DNA of 64,000 bases, from assembly GCF_018977255.1 (NCBI RefSeq), contig NW_024704751.1, forward strand, positions 558,001 to 622,000. The letters are read 5' to 3'. Shown here one piece after another: positions 34,545 through 46,300 of the stretch (the first letter of the stretch is position 1; every line of letters starts with the position of its first letter). The translations under genes were made by a program, and so were the position numbers. Source of the stretch: Callorhinchus milii. Taxonomy: Eukaryota. Below the pieces are notes generated by a model. That model was not told the origin of the DNA and searched no databases. It saw nothing but the letters and a program-made list of their open reading frames with translations.

Positions 34545-35929
34545 CGGGCCCTGGGCTCTGGGTAAACGCAACGCCGTTCCGCGCGCCGCACTTTCCGCTC
34601 ACCCTCGGAGTAAAGGCAGCGCTCGGCCAGCGCCCGCACATTCGCCACATTCTGCCCTGGGACTGAGGGAGGGGGTACCCGCTGTTCCCCCCCACCCCCT
34701 CCCCCTCCCCCCCTGAGGTGAGGTGCTGGACTGACTGACTGTCCGCAGGTTTACTGTCCCCCCCCCCCGCCTGCCCGGAGGCCAGGGTGTGCGGTCCCTG
34801 TCGGGTGTTCAGGGTTAGGGTTAAATCCAAGGGGTGTAATATCCCAACAGGACTTGTCCGCGGTCCCGGACAGTGTCCAGAGTGACTGAGAGCGCTCAGC
34901 GCTCAGGAGTGACACATTACACAGTGTCACACATTCTCTGCTGCTTTCCAGCTTCTCGGTATGAAACACGACACACACACACACACACACAGGGAAGCCA
35001 TGTAACACACACACCAGTGCATGTTACACGTCACCTGTGAGCCCGGACAGCGAACTGCATTCATCTTTCACACAACCAACAAAACCGCCACAGGATCGAT
35101 AAGGCCCACCTGACCAGGTACAGGTGACCGGTCATTAGTTTACCGTCACATCTGAAAGACCACACCTCCAAAAATACAGCCCCCCCACCCCTCACCCCCC
35201 ACCCCTCACCCCCCCTCACCCCCCCCCCACCCCTCACCCCCCCCCCTCACCCCCCCCAGCACTGCACTGGAGCGGCAGCCTGGACTGTCAGCTCAAAGCC
35301 CCTGAGTTGGGGGTATTTCCAATTGTAAAAGAATAGTGAAAATGCAGCTGTGAACAGTTTGTGTGTGAAGTAGACTTTGTCAGCTCCAATCAGATGTTTT
35401 ACCGGGGATTGTAAAACAAAGAGTTTTGCTCAGGAACACATTCCTCTGATTGTTTTCACATGTGAAGTGAATCCCCAAAGCTCAGGTAACCAGCCTCAGC
35501 ATAGAGTGCAAAGTCAACCCCCCCCCACCCCCACACCCCCCCCACACCCCCACACACACACACACACACAGAGGCTCACAATCAGGGAAGGGGTGAAATC
35601 ACAAGGAGATTCTCAGGTTTAAAGTGCAAAAAAATGAACTTTTTTAGTATTCATTTCTGAAAGGTTCCAGTTTTTTCTTAACACAATAAAAATATTACTG
35701 CAAATGGCAACCACCAAGAAAGTTGACAAATCAGTTTAAAATCCGCAAATAAAAAAATCTGTTTTTCTTTGTAAACCAGAAACGGCAAGAGATCTGTTCT
35801 CTCGTTTCGCGAGGAAATGAGACGATGGACTGAGTTACCGGGAGACAGGAGAGTGGAGCAGAGCCAGAGAACTGGTTTTGATTAAAGAGTGTTATATCAA
35901 ATGTATGGATTATTATTATACTATACAAC

Positions 35930-36225
35930 GAACATAAGAGCATAAGAATTTGCTGGCAAACGCAGACCAAGGTCCATCCAGTTCGCCCTCCACCATCCCG
36001 GCCTTTGCATTGGCACGTCATGTCCCAAAATATACACCGCATCCCGAGATATTATCTCCTAACGGACACCTAATCTAATTTATTCTCGCAAGAATTGACA
36101 CTTTCTGCTTCCACCGTCTCTCCCTGTTCCATACCCTGTTTGCTGCGCGCTCGCTGAACCAGCAAATTAATTCGAAGATTTCTTACGTGAACTGTACATA
36201 AGAAAAAAATTTGCTTTCTTACATT
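35930..36225 (-). mobile_element. Decayed CR1 LINE 3' end
   Basis: ACATAAGAGCATAAGAA tail followed by AGACCAAGGTCCATCCAG, typical of CR1 termini. Confidence 0.5.
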
Positions 36226-36252
36226 GGCCCAGTGTCTGGTCTGATCAGAGCT

Positions 36253-36343
36253 CAATGTGGCTAATGATTTGAAAGCTGCAGTCAGTCTCTGCCTCTTGCA
36301 GAGGCAGAGACTGACTGCAGCTTTCAAATCATTAGCCACATTG
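36253..36343. repeat. Perfect inverted repeat, 44-bp arms and 3-nt loop
   Basis: CAATGTGGCTAATGATTTGAAAGCTGCAGTCAGTCTCTGCCTCT, then TGC, then the exact reverse complement. Confidence 0.97.
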
Positions 36344-36866
36344 CAAACTGAGGCCAAATAATTGCTGTATGAATTCTGTGTCCTCCTCTCACTCTCCTTG
36401 TCTGTCTTTGCAAAGCACTGAAATGTGAAGCCAAGCGAGAACTTTTCTTCTTTTTTTTATCAACTCGAATAACCTTTCTTGTGAGACACGAGAACCCCTG
36501 ACTTTTTTCCCCCCGCAGGGAAAGAGAGAGAAGAGAGAGAGAGAGAGAGTCCGGTGCTGATAGGGTTAAGGTCAGAGCTGAGCTGCGCTTCCATCGGGGG
36601 AGAGTTTAAAACACAGTCTCAGAGGGTAGAGAGAGGAGAGTAGGAGAGAGAGAAGAAAGGAAGAGGAGGGGAAGAGGGAGAGAGAGAGAGAGGGGTAGAG
36701 GGGAAACGAACAGAAGAGAGAGAGAGAGGGAAGAGGGAAGAAAGAGGATAGGAGGAAGGAGAGAGAGAAAGAGAGGAGAGGAACAAGGAGCGATGTCCAT
36801 CTGCAGCGTGTAGCAGGCGGTGGGAGGCAGAGCGCCTGGTCCCCGGTGACTGCTCGGGCTGCGGCT

Positions 36867-37380
36867 AGGGGGCTGTGGGCAGGGGGCTGTGGGCAGGGGG
36901 CTGTGGGCAGGGGGCTGTGGGCAGGGGGCTGTGGGCTGTGGGCAGGGGGCTGTGGGCAGGGGCAGGGGGCTGTGGGCAGGGGCAGGGGGCTGTGGGCAGG
37001 GGCAGGGGGCTGTGGGCTGTGGGCAGGGGGCTGTGGGCAGGGGGCTGTGGGCAGGGGGCTGTGGGCAGGGGCAGGGGGCTGTGGGCAGGGGGCTGTGGGC
37101 AGGGGCAGGGGGCTGTGGGCAGGGGGTTGTGGGCAGGGGCAGGGCGGGGGCTGTGGGCAGGGGCAGGGGGTTGTGGGTAGGGGCAGGGGGCTGTGGGCAG
37201 GGGGCTGTGGGCAGGGGCTGTGGGCAGGGGCAGGGCGGGGGCTGTGGGCAGGGGCAGGGGCAGGGGGCTGTGGGCAGGGGCTGTGGGCAGGGGCAGGGGG
37301 CTGTGGGCAGGGGGTTGTGGGCAGGGGCAGGGGGCAGGGGCAGGGCGGGGGGCTGTGGGCAGGGGCAGGGGCAGGGCGGG
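36867..37380. repeat. (GGGGGCTGTGGGCA)/(GGGGCA) G-rich minisatellite abutting the COL26A1 ATG
   Basis: About 510 bp of 14-bp and 6-bp units ending 3 nt before ATG 37384. Confidence 0.95.
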
Positions 37381-37383
37381 AGG

Positions 37384-40300
37384 ATGGCGGTGCTGCTGCT
37401 GGTGCTGTGTCTGGGGCAGGCGCTGGGCTCCGGCTTCCCACAGACGCTCACAGTCGCCTCTCTGCAGCACAGGACGGGATCCTCCGCCAACACTCGTCGG
37501 TAAGTTACATGTTTCGCTCTCCACACACAGGGCTCAGCCACGTGGGTCTCTCTCTCTCTCTCTCAGCTGCTGTTTATCCCTTTAATTCATTGATATAAAC
37601 CTTCCCTGTGGGGGATGTGGGTGGGGGTGAGGGTGGGGGATGTGGGGGTGAGGGTGGGGTTGAGGGTGGGGGATGTGGGGGTGGGGGGGTGAGGGTGGGG
37701 GGTGTGGGGGTGAGGGTGGGGGGTGTATGTCGGTGGGGGTGAGGGTGGGGGGTGTGGGGGTGAGGGTGTGTGGGGGTGTGGGGGTGAGGGTGGGGGGTGT
37801 GGGGGTGAGGGTGTGGGGGTGAGGGTGGGGGGTGAGGGTGGGGGGTGTGGGGTGAGGGTGGGGGGTGTGGGGGTGAGGGTGAGGGTGGGGGGTGAGGGTG
37901 GGGGGTGTGGGGTGAGGGTGGGGGGTGGGGTGAGGGTGGGGGGTGAGGGTGAGGGTGGGGGTGAGGGTGGGCACTGACATTGACACTAAGAGGCAAAAGA
38001 CTGCAGATGCTGTAAATCTGAAATGGAAACAGTAGTGGTGGGAACACTCAGGAGGTGAGTGACTTTCAGTCACTGTCCTCTCTCCATCGCTGCTGCCTGA
38101 CCTGCTGAGGGTTCCCAGTCACTTCTGTGTCCATTTCGGTCACTGGCAGTGGCTGATGGACTCCTCAAGCAGTCAGCAGGAGGCGCTGGGGACCCCCCAC
38201 CATTGGGGACCCCCCACCATTGGGGACCCCCCACACACACTCCGCTCACTCACTGATTCTAATCCTTACATTTGGTCTTTCAGTCCCCAGTAAATGGGGA
38301 TCTCTGGTTGGGTTACTCGCTCTTTAACTTAACTGGAGGAAACTGAGAGGGTGAGGGAGAAGAGTGAGGGGGAGTGTGAGAGAGGGAGAGAGAGAGAGAG
38401 AGAAAAGGGAGATAGTGTGTGTGTGTGAGAAAGAGAGAGAGAGGATAATAATAATAATAATCCTCGCATTTGATATAGCGCTTTTCACGTTGGGAGGACG
38501 TCCCAAAGCGCTTCACAGAACACACTGTAAAGTGAATTGACCGTATATTTGTGGGCGAAGGATGAGGGAGAAGAGTGTGTGAGAGAGGGAGAGTGTGTGT
38601 GAGAGAGGGAGACAGAGTGTGAGAGAGAAATAAAAAGAGGGTGAGTGAGGGAGAGACAGTGGGAGAGAGGGAGAGAAAGTGTGAGAAAGAGTGTGAGAGA
38701 GAAGGAAAGAGAGAAAAAAGGGAGACAGTGTGTGTGGGAGAGTATGTGAGAGAGAAAAAAAAAGAGGATGAGAAAGAGAGAGTGTGAGGGAGAGACAGTG
38801 GGAGAGAAAGTGTGAGAAAGATTGTGAGAGAGAGAGGGAGAGAGAAAAAAGGGAGTGTGTGTGGGAGTGTGTGAGAGAGTGTGTGGGTGAGAGAGAAAAG
38901 GGAGATAGTGTGTGAGAGAGTGTGAAAGACAGACACAGAAAGATGGAGAGTGGTTGTTACTTTGGGGTTTCCATGTCCTTTTCCAGTCCCCTGCACTTCC
39001 CCATTTACCCACCAAGTGGCGGTAGTGAGTGCGTTCCCTCCCCTACTCTCACCCTCAGACCCGTTTACATTCACCTCAAAAAATTTACCCCAAATGAAAC
39101 CCCGAAATAACAAAACACAATTAGTAATGTAATGTTGTCGAGGTTTGGCTTTTCTTCCCCGGATAATGGACTTATTTCACTGTCAGCCTGACTCGGGCGA
39201 TCGTGCTCTCACCTCCTCTTTGCCCGCGCCTTAGGCCATCCTCCCTGCCCTCCAGTCCTCTTGATCCCAACACCCAGCTTGGGTCCAAATCCCTGAATGT
39301 CCAGCGCCTTGGGACGTCCTCCCGACGTGAAGGGCACTGTGTAAATGTCTTTGGGGCAGACAGTTGTGGACTCATTGGTTGAGGTGAAAAATGCCACACG
39401 TGATAGTTATCACCGGGAACACAAGAGGAGAGGCAGTGACGGGACCTGGGTTTACTGTCTGTAATCGCAGTGATGTCCCAGGAGACGGGGATGTGGGGTT
39501 TATTGTCTCAGAGCTGAGCTGCCGCCTGTGTCTCTCCCTCTTCCTCCACCCCACCCCCACACAGGAACTGGTGCCAATATCCCGTCTCCAAGACTGTGAC
39601 CTGCCAAGTGCAGAATGGATCAGAGACCCTGGTCCAGAGGGTTTACCAGAGCTGCTACTGGCCCGGTCATTGCAGCAGCCTCGTCAGGTACCAGCCACCC
39701 TCTCTATAACAGCCACACACCCTGTCACCAACAGCCACACACACCCTGTCACCAACAGCCACACACACCCTGTCACCAACAGCCACACACACCCTGTCAC
39801 CAACAGCCACACACACCCTGTACCAACAGCCACACACACCCTGTACCAACAGCCACACACACCCTGTACCAACAGCCACACACACCCTGTACCAACAGCC
39901 ACACACACCCTGTACCAACAGCCACACACACCCTGTTACCAACAGCCACACACACCCTGTACCAACAGCCACACACACCCTGTACCAACAGCCACACACA
40001 CCCTGTCACCAACAGCCACACATCCTGTCACCAACAGCAGCACTGTCATCAACAGACTGACAAGAAGGAGTCTTGGGGTGGGGGTGGAGTGTGTAGGGGT
40101 GGAGGTGTATGGGGGTTTGGTGGGGATGTGGGGGTAATGTGGTGGGAGGTAATTCCAGGTGCTTGGATTTCTGAATGAAGAAATGTTATAAGATTGGGTT
40201 TTGTGAGTGTGGGGGGAGGGCGCGATGGCAATGGTCTGGGACTGATGGACCCTCTTGTGTCAGTTACAGGACCATCGTCAGGCCCACCTTCAGCCTTTCC

Positions 40301-43300
40301 TACAGGAACATTACGGCGCTGGAGTGGAGGTGCTGCCCCGGCTTCACTGGGACCAGCTGTGAGGACGGTGAGAGTACGAGCAAGACTCTGTCTGTCTGTG
40401 TCTGTTTGTCTGTCTGGCTGGCGGTGTGTGAAGCTGGGAGCTGATTGCAGCCAGGTTATGGCTTTGGGAAGTGGGAATGCGGATGGACTGGGTGATTTGA
40501 TGCTCGTGTAAATTTCTGTGCCTCCACCTCAGTGCTGGGGACATGGCGGAGTCCAAAGATCAGAGACAGTGAGAGAGGCACTAGCTGGTGTAGGTCGGGT
40601 GTAGCTGGGGACTGGATGATGTGTAGGTAGCGTGTTGCTGGGTGGGGAGCAGCCACTGTGCCCTGGGGCCGGAGTTATTCTCACTGTGTCAGCATCGACC
40701 TGATCCTCTCAACCTCAGGCACGTCGCTGTCACTCCTGCTCACTCACATCTGGTGTTAATCCCCATAACTGGGAAAAAATCAACGTCAGCAATTCATTAC
40801 TGTGCTCTGCCAGTCCCAGGCTCACAGCTCCTCACTAAAGTGGGGTCCTGTAGTTCAGTGGTTAGAGCACTCGCCTCGCAAGCGAGAGACCTGGGTTTGA
40901 TTCCTGGCAGGGGCGAAACGTTGAGCAAGTTTCCTTACTCCACACGCCTCTGTTTATCGAGCAGTAAGTAGGAACCCGGTTGTTAGTTGATTGGATCACT
41001 TTTCCGGTGGTAACAATTCCTTTTAAAACATAATAATAATCATTAATTGGTCATTCAATCCACGACATTGTGGCGCGCTGCTGTGTTCAATTGGCTGCCA
41101 TGTTTCACCCACAAATATACAGTCAATTCGGTTTACAGGGTATTATGTAAATCGCTTTGAGACATCGCGAAGACCTAATTAGGCCATATATCAAATGCAA
41201 CAATTATTGTTATTATATTATTATCTCTTGGGAATGAATGAATGCTGGGGTTTGTTTTGGGGGGGAGGGGTAGAAGAGGAGGGGAGGTGAGAATGTCATA
41301 CAGACACATGCATAGGACACTGGCAGATTACCCCCTGCAGTGAGATGAATGAGATTGGTGGGTGGTGGGTGGGGTGGTGGATAGGGGGTACTGACTGCCT
41401 GCCTCATCACAACATAGTTCCTCGTATTGGTTGGTGGTGGAGACAGGGCACAGGCGTGGCCTCGGTTTATCATCTCACCTGAAGGAGTCCTATAGTGTAC
41501 TGGCTAGAGCACTTGTCGCCCATGCGATTCCCAGGCGGCTGAAACCTTAGGCAAGTTTCCTTACTCCTAGCTCCCGTCAGACACCTCTGCTTACATGGCA
41601 GTAAGTAGGAACCTGGTTGTTAGTCGACTGGTGGATCGCTTTCGATTGGGTAATAATCCCCCCCCAAAAATTAATAATTTGGCCACTCAATCCACGACTG
41701 TTTGTGGGACGCTGTTGTATGCAATTGGCTGTTGTGTTTCGCCCACAAAATATAGTCAATCCACTCTTTCTGTGAAGCGCTTTAGGACGTCTCAACGACG
41801 TAATAAGTCAAGTGCAAGGATTATTATTGTTATCGACAGTGTCTCTGACACTGCGCTAGTCTAGACTGTGAGCTCAAAGTCCTGCTCGGACACTTGAACC
41901 CGGAGCTGGGAGTGCGAGTGGCTGGGCCAGGCCACTCCATTACAAATGGACGAAACGTTGGGCTGAACAGCCTTCCAAATTCCTTTTTGGAATNNNNNNN
42001 NNNNNNNNNNNNNNNNNNNNNNNNNNNNNNNNNNNNNNNNNNNNNNNNNNNNNNNNNNNNNNNNNNNNNNNNNNNNNNNNNNNNNNNNNNNNNNNNNNNN
42101 NNNNNNNNNNNNNNNNNNNNNNNNNNNNNNNNNNNNNNNNNNNNNNNNNNNNNNNNNNNNNNNNNNNNNNNNNNNNNNNNNNNNNNNNNNNNNNNNNNNN
42201 NNNNNNNNNNNNNNNTGCCTGCCTGCCTGTCTCTCTGCCTGTCTCTCTGCNNNNNNNNNNNNNNNNNNNNNNNNNNNNNNNNNNNNNNNNNNNNNNNNNN
42301 NNNNNNNNNNNNNNNNNNNNNNNNNNNNNNNNNNNNNNNNNNNNNNNNNNNNNNNNNNNNNNNNNNNNNNNNNNNNNNNNNNNNNNNNNNNNNNNTCTGT
42401 CTGTCTGTACCCCCAATTGTCGGTTGCAGTGACTGTGCTGAGCTCTATGTGGCGGAGCTCTGTGGAGATCACCAAGAAGAACATTGCAAAGTGTTTTCTT
42501 TAGGTTATCAGATTTCGTCTTGAATTGTTACTTATTAGCAGAGAGAGGTAAGAGCATTCCTTCCCCACATTCCCTTCCTCCTGCTGTAATACCTTCCATC
42601 TGTTGGGTCCCCAGCACACAGAGGCTCAACTTCCCTTGCAACAGGCCGAGTCTGAGCCCCGTCAGATGCTCTGAACCCAAACATTCACCAAGATTCAGTC
42701 CAGCCTTGTACCCTCTGTCGTTGGCAGCGCTGACTGAGGGAATTCTCCTCTGTGACAGGACAGGGGAATGTACCTGCAGTATCTGGCTGCTGCTACTGGG
42801 CGGCGCTATAATATGTCCTACAATAGTCAGTCACTATACACTGGTTTAATTTTCTGGCAAACACACAGTTACTACACTTCAGAGCAATTCCCTGGGAAGG
42901 TAATTTGACGTCTCATTCTCATTCGCTTCCTACAACATGGCCGTCTCCCCCCAGCACTGAAGCGTCAGTCTAGACTGAGCTTAAAGTTCCCCCAACCCTC
43001 CGCTTGAACCCACAATCTCCTGACTCCGAGCCGAGAGTGCAAGTGACTGAACAGAGGCGAGCAGCGGGGCAGTCTGTGTGGGGAGGCAGTGTGTGGGGGG
43101 TTCTGGGGTGTGTGGCGGGGGTGCAGTGTGGGGTGCAGGGCACGCGGGGGTGCATAGCGCGTGGGGGTGCAGGGCGCACGGGAGGGGCTGGGTGTATGGG
43201 GGGAGCAGCGTGTGGGGGGCAGCATATAGGGGGGCATTGGGAGGCAGGACAGCCATTGAAAATATTCAGGTAACACTGTCTCTGCCTGTTTAGTGTGTGT

Positions 43301-46300
43301 GTTATTTTAGACTCCACAAACAATGATGTGATGCTCTGCGGCTGCTTTCATCCTCCATCATTCCCCACATCTGTTTCTGCTTAAAATATCTCATAAATAT
43401 CTCTCGCTGGTGTCAGCTTGTCCGTCGCTAATAACGAGACGGCCTGTATCACATCCCGACATCTGAAAGCTCGTTCTGTTTTGTAAGTGAGATGGCAGTG
43501 AGGTCCCTGGGGGCGAAGAGCCAGTTTATTTGAGGGATTGTCGGCCAGGACACCAGACAAGAGAGAGAGAAACTCCCTGCTCTTTTCCAATCGCGTCACC
43601 GAATCTTTAATGTTCATGTGAACTGGCTCAGATTAGCATTCCCACCTGAAGCACCTCCGATGATGACCCCCCCCCCACCCCCACCACTCCTCCTCCCAAT
43701 GGCTTCAGCGCGAGAAGGCGCTTCAAACAATGTGACAGCCCTCGAAACTCCCAGTCTATGTGTGCTGACACTGCTGCATCAAGACTCTGTGTTCAGCTAG
43801 CGAGTGATTATGTTGTAAATAGTGAAGGAAATGCTGAGGGATTGTAAGATTTTATCGAGTTAAATTGAATTTCAGATAATTAGTGAATGCCACTGATCAT
43901 CGCGGAAAATCTCCAACAGACTGTAACCTGTTACATATTTCTCAATCTTTGGAGTGCCTGGAATCCTGTAACGTACGTGTGTGTCTGTGTGTATCTGTAT
44001 GCGTGTGTGTGCATGTGTGTGTCTGTGTGTGTGTATCTGTATGCATGTGTGTGTATCTGTGTGTGTGTGGTCTGTGTGTGTGCGCATCTGTGTTTGGTTG
44101 TGTGTGTGTATGTATCTGTCGTCTGTCTGTGTATCTGTTTGTGTGTATGTGCTTGTGTATCTCTGTGTGTATCTGTGTGTGTGTGTATCTGTGTGTGTTT
44201 GTGAGCATGTGTATATCTGTGCATTTGAGCTACTAAATCTTGATAGAAGACAGCTCAGGGAGCCCTTAGAGAAGTGTTTTTTTAATGAGATTTTAAACGT
44301 AAACCCAGATCAACACTCACGGACTGACTGTGACAGCAGATCAAGAGGACATGGGGTTAGAGGTGTAAAGGGGCAATTTCAGGACAGACACCAGGAAGGT
44401 TTTCATTACGCAGATCAGAGGGGAATTAAGAACTGGAACAGGGTTGCCAGGAAGTGTGAGAATTGTTTACTAAACAATTTGATACAGTGATAGGGGGACC
44501 GTCTAGAGGGATAAGATCAAATGTGCCGAAGGGTATGTGTAGGGTTAAAGGTGGGGGCTCTGTGCAGCTGTAGTGGGGGGTGTGATGGCTGAAGGTATCT
44601 GACAATCTCACCACTTGAGATGCTTATCTCGTCACGGCTCCCAGAGCCAGAGCAGAGTCTGTCTGAGGCTCGGGGTGGGGGGGGTGGGGGTGAGGGGTGA
44701 TATGGGGGTGCTTACACTGCGATTGGAGGGGGGAGGTGGCAGCGAGGAGAGAGCTCGTCACCAGTTTGGGATGGAGAACCACAGAATGTGGTTGTTCTCA
44801 CACTCTCTTCCTGTTCAATTAACTAATTTTACAACCTTTAAAAGTCATTAAAGGTGCTCTTTTGCTCTTCAGTAGTCCTGTCTCTCTATTTCTCTCTTTC
44901 TTTCTTTCTCGCTGTCCTTCTCACACTCCCTCTTCTCCCTCTCTTAACCTGAGGTCCTGTTCATAAAGTTTCTCTCTCTTCCCCCACCCAATGTCCCGGG
45001 TGAAAAATCCCCCAGATAAATCGCTCAGCTCCTTCACTGCCAGCTCTGTGCAAAATAGCTCCTAGGTTAACTTTTAAAATAATATAATAATAATAATCCT
45101 TGCATTTATCACATCTTTAAGACGTCCTCCCGACGTGAAAGGCGCAATACAAATGTGATCTTGTTGTTGTTATTGTCTCAAAGCGCTTCATAGAATATAC
45201 TGTTAAATGAATTGACCGTATATTTGTGGGCGAAACGTGGCAGCCAATTGCCCACAGCAGTGTCCCACAAACAGTCGTGGGTTGAAGTGACCAAATTATT
45301 ATTATTATGTTTTTGAAGGAATTATTACCCCCAGAAAAGCGATCCACTAATCGGCTAACAGCCGGGTTAAAAGCAATAACTGTGTTTAACAGCAGTGACT
45401 GGGAGAGTCTGTGATGTTACAGGCGCTGTACAAACAGAGGGGAGTGGAGCCCAGTGAGGATGGGGGCCGGAGGGTGGGTGGGGGGGGGTGGGTGGTAATA
45501 GACTACACAACAGCTTCGAGGGAGCCTAAAGTATGGAGCGTAGACTAAACACTGGCTCTGAGCTGATGGGATCTCTGCTAAGATAACTGAAGGTTTGGCC
45601 ATGCAGTGCTGAGATCTTTTACTGTTATAACAATAACCCTCACATTCCACACAGCACCTTGTCGCGACTCGAAGAGCTTCACATGATGCACTGTAAAGTG
45701 TAGTGACTGTGTTTTGTATCTGCTCAGGTAGCCTTCCCCTCTCCCGGTTTTCCTGCTTCCTAATCGGATCCTTCACTGGCTGTGCAGGGGCACAGATTTC
45801 CTGGTGGATTTTCCTAGAAATCCCCAGTCACTGGACCTGCCTGGGGAACGCTGCGAGACGAGCCCGGGGCTGCGTTCGTCGCTGTTTTTTACTCACTCAC
45901 AGTCAATCAGACAGAGAGAGTCCCATGTGCCATTCCATTTCCTTGTGGCCGCAATTACCCAGCAAAACGTTCCCAGATGGGACAGATTATCCTGAGTTCA
46001 GGAATTACAAACATCCAGTGTAATTAACTCCTAAACTAGTATGCCCCACCTGGGACTTGTGCAACTGAGAGACAAGTCTAGAAGCAGAGAAAGTCAGAGA
46101 GAAAGAGAGCGAGAATCCGATATCTCTCCTGGGCTATGAGCAGCGACACTGACCCCCGGCATCAACACGTCTCTCAGGGAAGCACAAGGATTCCTATAGG
46201 GTCACCAAAACGTTGTGATACCATTACAATATCTGTTAAGTCTTAAAGAAATGATCCGTTATTCTATACCTGTCAATCCGGCTCAGCTTTTCCAGGGATA

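Noticed and set aside
33816-34830. Long ORFs of 160-335 aa (HTLYTVH/CTPY repeats)
   Set aside because: These are translations of a stop-poor satellite, open in several frames on both strands, with no domain signal.
36572-38073. Pro/Cys-rich and Gly-rich ORFs of 150-311 aa resembling keratin-associated or SPRR proteins
   Set aside because: They arise from G-rich minisatellites; only 37384-37499 is supported as coding (COL26A1 exon 1).
42430-42547. Possible extra COL26A1 exon ending in GAG|GTAAGA
   Set aside because: Candidate acceptors give a stop or a frameshift, and exons 3 and 4 already join in frame.
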